The position numbers and the translations under genes are program-made. The notes beneath the pieces are model-generated. The model worked only from the letters and a program-made list of their open reading frames with translations. It did no database searches and was not told the origin of the DNA. A DNA stretch of 64,000 bases, taken from IMG/VR virus record IMGVR_UViG_3300025141_016386, positions 4,075 through 68,074 of that record, one strand, 5' to 3'. This document shows, piece by piece, positions 10,301 to 19,500 of the stretch (within the stretch, counting starts at the first letter, position 1; every line of letters begins with the position of its first letter). The stretch comes from a virus.

Positions 10301-11014
10301 GGGTGTAGGCATCCACCTTGCCGCACACCAAGTTCCCGGAGCGTTGCCGTTTTTTATTTCCAAAACCGGACCTGACCAGAAAGTTCCTCTCAGTTCTTCT
10401 GGGAATTGAGACCTTACATAAAAAATGTAAGAGACAGAGTTAACTCGGCCACTCGAAATAACCCTCTCTCCGGCGAGAGGGCCAGTTGTTGGCCCTAGGG
10501 CTGGGACGTTTGCTATTCCTAACGTTTTTGCTAAAGATTCTAGGTCCAGATAACAGAATGCGTAATAAGAAAGGTGTGGGATATTTTCTGAATCTTCTAT
10601 AGTGTCTTCTCTTTGAAATGAGACTTTGGTTTCTTGATTTTGTGATTTGTTGTCTTTTAAAATATTTTTAAGTGGGCCATGAAATATTTCTTTTACGGCG
10701 CCGGTATTGAGTGTTCCAGCATTCTCTGAAGTTTCTATCCTTTTTGATTCTTGGGCGCTAGTGGACCTAACAACACGAATATTCATATGATCAATTAAAT
10801 TAACATTCGAGGAGAATAGAGAGTTGGACATCTTTATGTTCATGCTCATATCTAAATCAATGGCTAAACTCGATCTTTCGCCCCCGAGGGGCCCAGTAGT
10901 TTGGTTTTTTAAATCTAGAGTTATTTTATCAAAAGTAACCGCCGGAATTATCGATGCTACCGTATCATTCGATAAGATTGCGCCCGATGGGGATATCGAT
11001 GTATACACAGCCAT
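7313..11014 (-). CDS. large putative virion protein with low-complexity and repeat insertions
   Basis: 1233 aa; GGGAG SD and late motif upstream; structural module context. Confidence 0.55.
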   Translation of the reverse strand: MAVYTSISPSGAILSNDTVASIIPAVTFDKITLDLKNQTTGPLGGERSSLAIDLDMSMNIKMSNSLFSSNVNLIDHMNIRVVRSTSAQESKRIETSENAGTLNTGAVKEIFHGPLKNILKDNKSQNQETKVSFQREDTIEDSENIPHLSYYAFCYLDLESLAKTLGIANVPALGPTTGPLAGERVISSGRVNSVSYIFYVRSQFPEELRGTFWSGPVLEIKNGNAPGTWCAARWMPTPNGAPQLKQASPKIDLEKIEVENTKIQDLRILRKMPSLNVNLVQSRTSPIVIKGRDVFDNSIENPDAYISNAFLSRDRNNNCKFIFEFDYENTLIKESKFGKILTNPFVSRETKQKISLYSKITNLQITRRQVEVARGYNRLSSANLGISRSELNLETQIIVETYSDQSKNNALKEMRAFGAGRFLRGNKKNNLIGGIKELPPISNSPRQTKTIAVTDTSIRDLTDGTFQYGVKIQIEDGTIRFLNERLKRLRSIREYLVGYYNLVQIPTKSYERIKSVKEYYDVLLDELSSHRRDRVDREQRAEIAGLGREMGMLIGNLKDKERLYPWILAPAYIVDTLTAISDFSFLSTSKRIQTSSSLMTTQAKLESNSETGIAPTNPEMGTSAYFDPISQKQKQFATPGHNPSLGFTMKTVGSKKSTLEGPTRDQGPGLIQPQKYSSSFSKKSTLEGPTRDQGPGLIQPQKYSSSFDPKSAAFSLRSSLNPAIATSETILSVIDAIDLLTQKIRDMMGPSAEIEIPDSSTKRRGTPRNSKVSVIELEDYFVELFDARLSTFPSVDYIGFANSRGTKSAPNPPAGTPYAAQGDLDSLNADKMALDEKETTVAAVTVGTFEDRLEDEEGMVEAAKSAVTSAPLAPEDSQELTEVQHTILPSPAQAPVIPQITPGILDANDGTYIERSIAVDNYDEPSQYSEFQNKVVAQSIGHIPSTNSTNQGNLGHLMSVLNVQVEPIRTPMAAQENLTKGQNKISLNIPVSDILGPDDLQSKSTRPPQGASCDQSSTTDDGATAMELYKNESNAGPLFQELANIMATNGKFDTSTPRANGSPSRGRAGRFIKNRSNSTSSPKDSPKQSLTQGMAANISVFAGYKNDSNGNFMIKRPVFKTPTKEEWSKILRNLKNKNNKSDVLLCMVERKDNPDTPFGLNMVEVNTYFLITRNEASLSAPPGSAHIDHRGSETGRAPSREAKRSVKEPKGATIEEIPTQALKSISVGSRKIT
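8894..9055. repeat. exact in-frame tandem duplication, 2 x 81 bp
   Basis: 8894-8974 equals 8975-9055; encodes SKKSTLEGPTRDQGPGLIQPQKYSSSF twice. Confidence 0.95.
9110..9197. repeat. dispersed 88-bp coding repeat, copy 2
   Basis: Matches 6997-7084; encodes SNSETGIAPTNPEMGTSAYFDPISQKQKQ. Confidence 0.95.
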
Positions 11015-11032
11015 TATTTCTCTCCCTTGTCA

Positions 11033-11041
11033 ATAATTAGT
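11033..11041 (-). promoter_or_regulatory. putative late promoter ACTAATTAT
   Basis: Intergenic, about 19 nt upstream of ATG 11014. Confidence 0.6.
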
Positions 11042-11071
11042 TTATTATTAAAAAGCACCTTTATAAAATTT

Positions 11072-12064
11072 TCATTCATTCTCACAGACAGCCCCAGTCT
11101 TGCCCTCTGCGTATGGGCTTATCATAAACGGAGAAGACTCACCATCCTCACACTCAATAGATGTATCTATATAAATTCCCTTGGATTTAACACTGTTGAT
11201 TCCTTCGCAAAGATCTCTTTTCGATATTTTAGAGTCTGTCTGAAGATCAAAATAATATTCCACGAAAGTATCATCCAGTTCCACTTCGGGGGATGGCTTT
11301 GAGTCTACAATAAGTAAATTATTGACAATTGTTGGATCCTTTTTCATAAAAGATAAGGGAGAAAATGAGCCATCAGAAGAATCAACCGTGAATACCTCTA
11401 TATCAAAGTTATTTTTGTCGAAATTTACGCCCGACTCTTCTATCATCAATAAAAGATTTTTATTTCCGCCACCGAATGAAATATTTAAAGAAGATCCATC
11501 TCGAAAAATAATATTCTCGACGTCTTCTTCGGAAATTCCTATCTTTTTTTCCGTCTCATCTTTATCCAATGTCTTCGCAGTATAAATCAGATTTAAATTA
11601 ACCTGCGGGATTCTCAACGTCTGGTATGAACTTGTCAAAAAATAAGAAGCATTTTTAATTTCCCCCTCCAAGAGCGTTATTTTCCAAGTGGGCGCCGAAG
11701 TCGATTGAAAATCTGACTCTCCCATTGAATTTACTAATGAAAATTCTTTCTCCGGGGTTGATTGTACTCTGATTCTATCTACCTCTGGAATAGTGATGTC
11801 TTCATGGGCATTCAAATATGACGAGAAATTAGTCTCTACAGATGTGAATAAGTGCTGCGTCTTATTTTGTGGTGTTTTTTCTTGAATTCTACCTTCTGTG
11901 TCATTTTGATTTTCCTCGAAAGAGGCATGTGCAGAATCATATAAAATATTGTCATCATAAAATGCATAATAAACCGGCTTAAATTTTCCTGTTGATAATA
12001 GTTGCTTTCCAAATTGTGTTAATTTTATATCTAGAACTTCTTCTTTCTTGTTAAAAAATGTCAT
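11072..12064 (-). CDS. virion structural protein
   Basis: N-terminus LDIKLTQFGKQLLS..YYAFYDDNILY parallels that of 3666..4640; ATGA overlap with the upstream gene. Confidence 0.55.
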   Translation of the reverse strand: MTFFNKKEEVLDIKLTQFGKQLLSTGKFKPVYYAFYDDNILYDSAHASFEENQNDTEGRIQEKTPQNKTQHLFTSVETNFSSYLNAHEDITIPEVDRIRVQSTPEKEFSLVNSMGESDFQSTSAPTWKITLLEGEIKNASYFLTSSYQTLRIPQVNLNLIYTAKTLDKDETEKKIGISEEDVENIIFRDGSSLNISFGGGNKNLLLMIEESGVNFDKNNFDIEVFTVDSSDGSFSPLSFMKKDPTIVNNLLIVDSKPSPEVELDDTFVEYYFDLQTDSKISKRDLCEGINSVKSKGIYIDTSIECEDGESSPFMISPYAEGKTGAVCENE

Positions 12065-15000
12065 TTCTTTCTTTTACCTGCCTTCTTTCTTTTGGATTTT
12101 GGGCGGCCTTTTCCAACTTTCAACGGATTCTCTGAAGCTTCTGCCGCTTCTTTGGCGGGCCCACTAGACTGGGGGGCTTGACCGAATCCTATTTTTGTAT
12201 CGATGTTTACAAACTCAACGAGCGAAAAGAAATCATAGGGCCAATTGTAACTAAATGGGAATTGTTCTGTCTTCGGGCCCGATTCTTTCGAAATCTTGCT
12301 AAAATAATTATTGTTAGCTTTTTGCTTTACCTTGAAAACCATCCACTGCAAGCCATCCTTAATCGGATCCTCGCTTTCTTGCCCGAACGTTCCCATTAAT
12401 TCGTTGGCTAAAAGCTTGTGGGAAATTTCAACCTCCTTGTTGATAAATTTCGCGCTTCGATTTGGAGGAGAAATATTTTGCCACATATATGCCAAGTCAT
12501 CTTGAGTGAAGGTATAATCAAATTCGAAGATGTACATCGCAAATGGTGTCACTTTGCCTAAATTTTGTACGAAATCCATATTTGGCGGGAATACAAACTT
12601 TTTCATTTTATTAACCATATCTCTTATTGTGTCTGAAACTTTATCGGAAGTGTCCTCGTCTCGATCGAGTTGGTTCGCCGTTGTGGTGCCGGCAGCTGCC
12701 GCTGCGGCTCTTACTTTTGCAGCGCGGAGGTCACCCTTATTATCAAATAAATCTTTATTATCGTCGAGGCCTCGGATGGCAGATTTGATGGCTAGGCTAG
12801 ATTGACTAATTGATTTATCAGAAGAGATTATATTAAGGTCACCAATGGCGCGCCTTATAGCATCCTCGGGAATTTGAAAAAATTGTTTTTCCCCGGCCTT
12901 AATTATAAAGGGTACAGCAACAACAGCTTCGGAAACAGTTAATGATTTAGCAGTATTTCCCATCTTTTTGCTAGATTCAAAGCCAACTAATTTACTTAAA
13001 TCTTTAAAATTATCATTTTGATATATACTCAAATCTATACCGGACAATAACTCTGTCTTGAATCCACGATTGGGATCTGCGTATCCCCTAACCTTTCTCC
13101 ACTTATTTGGAATACTATCTACTTCAATATAGATTCCTTTGTCAGATTCGAGAGTTCCAAACTGATGCCACATTCCTCTTGGTACCGATTCTGAACCGTT
13201 TGTTGGTATTGTGAGAGAATTACTGGCGCTCGATATTGGACGAATTGATGTTTCTGAATTGAAATTGTAGTGTGGTGTTTCGAACTTTGGCTCGATGACC
13301 CACCTGTCTCCCCTCTTTCCAAGCAAATTGAATGAAGAATCTAACTTCATGGCATTAGCGTTGGCATGAGAGGTTCTCATTGGGGCGTTATAGTCATTAA
13401 CTTCCGAAATCTCGTTACTGCTCCAAATGGCCTGCTGGCGGGAATCTCCATAAAGAGTTCCAGTTACAGAGCTGGTTATTCCATTCAAGATGGGGTCCGC
13501 ATCAATTCCCCATAAATTAACCGTCACATTTGAAAGAATTTCATCTAGCGTCACTCTTCCGGTCTCCGAGGCCTTATAAACAATGTCTGCCCAAGACTCT
13601 CTCCCATAATAGGGGGGAGTATATGATGGGTCTATCCCCATCAAACTATCAGATGGGTATAGATCGGTATTATAATCAATATTCGCCATTTGATTCGGAA
13701 TAAGACCAGAACCTAGAAGTTGGTTTTTAAATCCCAGATAAGATGTTGCAGCAACTGGGGGCCCAAAAGCAGATGGCCGGCTGTACATCGTAAAAGTTTC
13801 TCTCAAATTCTCTGTCTGGCCAAAAAGAACTCTTGGGTCCTGCGGAACATCGTAAGTTATTACCGATTCATCATGCGCATAAGTTCTCCATATGCGGTTT
13901 TTATTCATTGTTCTTCTTAATTTTACCCTCATGCCATAAGATGTTCCAGACTGAACTGTGGCGAAGTCACTTTCTGACTTACTCTTTAAGCTCGTAAACT
14001 CTCCGTTTGGCAAGAAAAATTCTGGAATTGCTGCGAGGTAATTGTGCATCATCCTCTTATATAGATCATCTCCTTGGCCAGACCACTTCGCCTGCACATC
14101 TATTGCAGAACTGGGATGGGGCTCCATATCATAAAATTTAACCCCAGCAACATACCTCTCGGGTTCGATTACCGCCTCAAAAGGTATCCTCAAATCCCAG
14201 CTAGACGTACCTTGATAATCTTCATCACTCTGATCAGTGTTGGTACCCAAGGCATAATAATCTGAATAGTAGTCTTTACGAGGAAGTTTCTGGTAGAACG
14301 ATTTGTAGTTAATAACTTGGTAGGAGCTAGTATAGATTGGGAAATCCACAGCGATTCCTGATTTTATTGTGTTATAAACAATACCGGGCCTGAAAAACGG
14401 TGTTAAAAATGGTCTGAATTTTGCTTTTGTCAAATTTTTATCCAACCCGCTATATTCTATAAATTTTCCATAAGATTTCGAAAATTGATTTGCAATCTGT
14501 AGGCTTCTCTCTGAAGGGAAGAACCCATCATAAGGTAGAAATTTCATTAATGCCTTACATTTCATAGCGATTGTAGAAGGGCTGGCGAAGCCCTCATGGT
14601 CTTTCTTGATCACAGAGAAGTGCCTTAAAAAATCAGAATTAGAAAAAATTTCATAAAATCCGTTTTCTGAACTATCCGTGGGTACCCTGGATGAACCAGT
14701 AGAGGTACCCTTTATTTTTAATTGCGAGGGATTTGGTGATAGAGAATTACCCTTTTGTTTATTTAAATAAAAATCTATTTGATCACTTATTATAAATTCC
14801 GGAACGATTGAATAGTCCTGATTTTTCAATCTCATATTCTGGTTATATTCTTGATAAGTATTATATGATGGCAACTGCGAAGAGCTAACCCAGGTGCCAT
14901 TGACCAAATAGCCAGCCAATCTGTCAGATTCCCATTCAGCCGAGCCTCCACATGTCTGAATTGCTCCGAGGGGCGTCCTATAAACAGGAAAATTAGAGCC

Positions 15001-16596
15001 TGGAGGCCCAGAGACGGGATATTGATCTCTCCAAGCTGCGATTGAGGCGCTAGTTTCTGGGATTGGCATTGATAGGGTTCTATTGTAATAATCCTGCGAT
15101 GCGGGATATGATGCCTTTGGTGGGGCCCATCCAAAATGGGTTGTCGAAAAGACAGAACTAAGAGAGTGTTTCCTGTTGTAGATTGGAGATGCTATTAAAT
15201 TCTGTTTGTTTGTGTTATTGGATCCGGCTGGACAGGGGCCTGTGTTTTTGAAGTCTAGATATGTTTGTAATACACCAACACTTTTGTCGATCGATAAAAC
15301 TGGATATCCATCTCCTGTTGCGTAGAAAAATTGATCTCCGTAGTATGACGGGCCCCACTCCCACCCAACAGCGTTTACGGCGCGCGCAACCGAACAATTG
15401 CCGGGCATGGACTGATCCCAAGATGCGCTTCCTGGGCTATCGCCCGGGCCAGTGCCGGCGGCCCCTTCGGCTCCGGGAATTGGCGCCGAACAAGTGATGG
15501 CTCCGAGTCTATAATATCCAACCGGGCGCTGATCTAAATTGTAAAAAACAGGCAACTTTGTCATGTCGGGAGGACAACCACCATTATACATCAGGGCCGA
15601 GAGGTTTTCGTTGAACGAGTGCAGAGAATAATTGAAAATACTTAATTCAGAAATTTCCCCCTGAAACACATTATTAATAAAATAATTAGGATTTGCAATT
15701 TGAGATCCCGTTATGGTATTAAATTGGAGATCCGATCCTGCGTTATTACCTATCGCGCCAGTTGACGGGTTGATTTTTCCATAAATCGGGAGCGCGCTGG
15801 GTGGTGTAATACCCGAAGTGTTTCCGAGGGACGATAATTCCCCATTAATATAAATTTTAATTCTCTCGTCGACTTCCGATTCTATATCTGGAGTAGTGGC
15901 GTCATAACATACTAAGACGTGTGACCAATCATTTTGCGGGATTGTCACGCTTGAGGTTGCAAAATCAACCATATAGCCAGAGCTATAGGATAGAACGGTT
16001 TCTGATCCAACATAATAGTCGACAGCGCCGGAAAAGGGGGATCCGCCTGTCAGAAAAAACCTAACAGAACATGTGGCGGCGGTTAATCCAGCGGAAGATG
16101 TGGGGTGATCCGAAGATTGAAAAGAGACTATGTTGTATGGTTTGCCGGAGAGGAGGCCGGCGAGCCCCGTATTTCTTCCTCGGGGATAAACCCAAGCAGA
16201 AATACTATATGCGTTCGGAGTACCCGCAGGTGCGGCGTTTCCAACAGCGTGTTCTGCAAATGTTCTCGGATTGGTTTTCCATCTGGGGTCTCCGCTGTTG
16301 TATCCCACCAAACGAGACCCAAACCTTAAGGGAATAGTGTCTGCGGCGCCGGGAGAGACTGCAAGTTCGACATTGTCGACACTACAGCTTAATCCCCACG
16401 AACTAGTAAAGAGTGAAGATCCAAAACATTGAGAATAATTATTTTGTAATTCCCCAGCAGAACCCGAGATACCATATTTTGGTCCGGAAGTTTCGTTAAC
16501 GTCTGCTGATGTATATATTGGCGCTGTTGTAAATTCTTCTACTGCGTCCAAAGCCCATGCGCTTTGTGATATATTATAGCCTTGCGAATTTGGCAT
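12061..16596 (-). CDS. very large virion protein with a LamG/concanavalin-like domain
   Basis: LamG features YSISAWV, WSHVLVCYD, KIYING, FQGEISELSIFN; ATG at 16596 overlaps the upstream TGA (TGATG) with a GGAG SD. Confidence 0.65.
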   Translation of the reverse strand: MPNSQGYNISQSAWALDAVEEFTTAPIYTSADVNETSGPKYGISGSAGELQNNYSQCFGSSLFTSSWGLSCSVDNVELAVSPGAADTIPLRFGSRLVGYNSGDPRWKTNPRTFAEHAVGNAAPAGTPNAYSISAWVYPRGRNTGLAGLLSGKPYNIVSFQSSDHPTSSAGLTAATCSVRFFLTGGSPFSGAVDYYVGSETVLSYSSGYMVDFATSSVTIPQNDWSHVLVCYDATTPDIESEVDERIKIYINGELSSLGNTSGITPPSALPIYGKINPSTGAIGNNAGSDLQFNTITGSQIANPNYFINNVFQGEISELSIFNYSLHSFNENLSALMYNGGCPPDMTKLPVFYNLDQRPVGYYRLGAITCSAPIPGAEGAAGTGPGDSPGSASWDQSMPGNCSVARAVNAVGWEWGPSYYGDQFFYATGDGYPVLSIDKSVGVLQTYLDFKNTGPCPAGSNNTNKQNLIASPIYNRKHSLSSVFSTTHFGWAPPKASYPASQDYYNRTLSMPIPETSASIAAWRDQYPVSGPPGSNFPVYRTPLGAIQTCGGSAEWESDRLAGYLVNGTWVSSSQLPSYNTYQEYNQNMRLKNQDYSIVPEFIISDQIDFYLNKQKGNSLSPNPSQLKIKGTSTGSSRVPTDSSENGFYEIFSNSDFLRHFSVIKKDHEGFASPSTIAMKCKALMKFLPYDGFFPSERSLQIANQFSKSYGKFIEYSGLDKNLTKAKFRPFLTPFFRPGIVYNTIKSGIAVDFPIYTSSYQVINYKSFYQKLPRKDYYSDYYALGTNTDQSDEDYQGTSSWDLRIPFEAVIEPERYVAGVKFYDMEPHPSSAIDVQAKWSGQGDDLYKRMMHNYLAAIPEFFLPNGEFTSLKSKSESDFATVQSGTSYGMRVKLRRTMNKNRIWRTYAHDESVITYDVPQDPRVLFGQTENLRETFTMYSRPSAFGPPVAATSYLGFKNQLLGSGLIPNQMANIDYNTDLYPSDSLMGIDPSYTPPYYGRESWADIVYKASETGRVTLDEILSNVTVNLWGIDADPILNGITSSVTGTLYGDSRQQAIWSSNEISEVNDYNAPMRTSHANANAMKLDSSFNLLGKRGDRWVIEPKFETPHYNFNSETSIRPISSASNSLTIPTNGSESVPRGMWHQFGTLESDKGIYIEVDSIPNKWRKVRGYADPNRGFKTELLSGIDLSIYQNDNFKDLSKLVGFESSKKMGNTAKSLTVSEAVVAVPFIIKAGEKQFFQIPEDAIRRAIGDLNIISSDKSISQSSLAIKSAIRGLDDNKDLFDNKGDLRAAKVRAAAAAAGTTTANQLDRDEDTSDKVSDTIRDMVNKMKKFVFPPNMDFVQNLGKVTPFAMYIFEFDYTFTQDDLAYMWQNISPPNRSAKFINKEVEISHKLLANELMGTFGQESEDPIKDGLQWMVFKVKQKANNNYFSKISKESGPKTEQFPFSYNWPYDFFSLVEFVNIDTKIGFGQAPQSSGPAKEAAEASENPLKVGKGRPKSKRKKAGKRKK

Positions 16597-19500
16597 CAAT
16601 CATCTCCGTTTCTGAATTTTTCTTCTCCCATAGATGAGCGCTCTGCTCGGGAAGAATTGTAATAGTTGTTATTATAATTAGTCCTTTCTCTATTCTCTGC
16701 GCTGAATTTATTTGCAGGTGAGGGAAAGGTGGGGGCCGTATATATCGCTTCTACAAAAACATCTACCGGAGAGGATTTATTTTCTAACCCTCCGTTTAGA
16801 TAAGTTCCGGCGATCACACCATAGGCTGTATCTTTCTTCAGACAAGAGGCTTCGGAGGGGTCCTGAGTGGAAGACCCTGGAATCCAGGGTCTTTTAAAAG
16901 ACCCTGGAGGCTGTTTTATTATTTCTTTTATTCCCACGGAGCAGCGCCTTAAGGCCGGATTAACAAAATCGTAAGCGTTAATTAGAGAAGCTGCTAGAGC
17001 AACAGCTTGAGTCGCCTGTTTCGACTTTATGCCAACAGTCCATACCAGCGGTGACGAAACTTTCTGAACGGCAGGCTCATAATAAAAGGTGGTATAAGTA
17101 TTTTCTGCCACCACTGTCTTTGAAGAATTTCCGGGACCTTTTAATGTCAGATATCTATCCTGAGTGCATCCAATAAAATTTCTTTTTCTCAAATATCTAG
17201 ATATCTTATGTTGACCTGTTCTAGATTGCTTCCAAGAAGGGTGTTGATACGGACCATTTCTGTGTAGGTTTAGTGCGTTTAGAACGTTACCAGGATTAAT
17301 TGTTGCAAGACTTCGGTTTCGGAATTCATTACTTAATTGATAATTAAAATTATTGGCCTCTGATGCATCCAGAGCGCTCTCAATAAGTACACGAAGGGGG
17401 GCTTCGACACTGCCAAATGCAGAATAAATAGTCGCCTTAAATGCCGAAGTGTATCTTTCGGGTATTGGCTCGTAAATATAATTATTCATACCGACGAAGT
17501 CTATTTCCAGATTCAATTGAGAAGAGGAAACAAAGCTGGCTGGCTGCTGAAATGCATCCGTCAGCGATGGGACATAAAATTCTTTTGGCCAGTAGCCGAA
17601 GCCGGTGGGATTGATTGTCTGCACCGACGCGGTGATCCAAGAATATCGCAAGTCGGTGGCTGGGATAGGCTTTTGGACGTAATAATTGTCATAAGAATAT
17701 GAGGTTGTCGTGCCAGAGCCGCTTTTTATGAGCCTCATCCTGGAGTTTCTATTAATCTGGTAGAAGGATCCTGTGCCACTATAATTCGTGGCGTTCGCTG
17801 CCGAACCAGGGATCAAATTTTCTACACCGCCATAATATCCAAATTGATTAACGTGGGGAGTCAGCATCCATTTTTTTAGTGGATCTCTGGTGGAGTTATT
17901 TCTCCAGTTTAGGTCGTTGTTTGGCGAAAATTCTGCCGCATATCTATCCAGGCCTGGGCCGCCGTTGCTATCCCCCATAGTATCTGGGCCGCCTGGAGCA
18001 GAAAATCTATTAACCATTACATGCTCTGTTCTGCCCCTCTGAATTCTCGGCTCATCGTACATGCCAGAGACGAAAATTGACGATGTTAAGTGTGTTGGAT
18101 CTTGGGCGTCTAGAAGGCTCCATGGACCATTTCGTGTCCAAGCTCTATTATTCGCGGTTCTACCGCCGGCTGCTTGAACGATTTCATAATCTTTTTTGTA
18201 ATTTCCGATCTTCGAATGAAGGGTTCCAGAAACAAAGCCCGTGGGCGCGCCATTGGCCTGTTTAATGTTTCGAATATTTACCGGGCGTTTTGCGACGAGG
18301 TCACGATAAAGGGTGGCCCTGGGGCTGCTTACTGGCTGGCTGGCCAACTTTACAACGCCAGTTGCAGTTTTGATCTGCCATGCTTCTGGCCGGTTATCTT
18401 TGTTATCAGAAGCATCTTCGTTTAAATCAATATGTCTGGATTGGAGGCCTCCTACAAATTTTTCAGTGAAAGGGCCCTGAAGTGGCACTCCGATTGTGGC
18501 GCCATATGAATCGTTATGATTATTCGTTATTTCCGCGTTGCAACCAAGCGAGGAGACAATATCTCCAGAATATGAATTGACATGAGAGGCGCTATAAATA
18601 CTAAATGGTACAAACCGGTTGCCTTTTCCTGATCGATAATCATACGGATTGGCCGAATTACTCATTCCGGCTTCGTCGGTATAAACTCCAAAATTTAATT
18701 TTCTTTTTTTGGTTGAATCCAAATCTATGCAAGTATTTTGCTCAACATTTCCGGAAGTTATATAAATTCCCTTTGGGCCAGCTGCGGTGTCTACCCAGGG
18801 TATAGTATTTTTAGCATAGTTAACAATTTTATTTTGGGAGAAATTTGCGCCCCCAACATTGATGTCTTGCTGTTTTATGCTGAATTTGTATGGGGTGCTG
18901 TAGCTTCTGTTTAGGACTCGCAAACTTGCATTTAAATATGATTCTCTGTTTGAATCAACAGCTGGGTTTCCAGAAGAAATTATGCCAGATCTCTCGGCGC
19001 GTTGGTTCCACCAAAAACATTTCTCGTCTTGATTATCCGAGAGGGGGTGGTGGCCGGTTTCCCAATTATATAAAAGCTCATTGATCGCATTGAGCCCAGA
19101 TACCAAATCTGGAGTTTTCATATCTATTGTTGGGAATTTTGTCCAATATTTATTTCTCTCCAAAACATGGCTTTCTACGGTAGTTCTCATATTATCAGAA
19201 AATCTAGCCGAAGCCGGTATTAGTTGATTTAAGAAATTTGACAAGGAATTGTCTATCCATTTATAAAATTCTATATACCTATCTAAATCTGGTTCATTTT
19301 GAACTCTTTCAAAAAACAACTGACGTAATTTGGATAATTGCTTATATTCTTGCCTATACCTATTTACTGGATCTCCAACAATGGTATTAAAATCCACTAT
19401 TGACGCGAAGACATTCAAGATTTCTTCTGAAATGTTCTGGTACATGCTTTTTTCAATCGAAAAGAAGTATTCTTCTGGGCGAGTTGTCAGCTTGAAAATA

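Noticed and set aside
11028-11033. TTGACA upstream of the 1233-aa gene as a sigma70 promoter
   Set aside because: No -10 box at 17 nt spacing; that position would fall inside the CDS.
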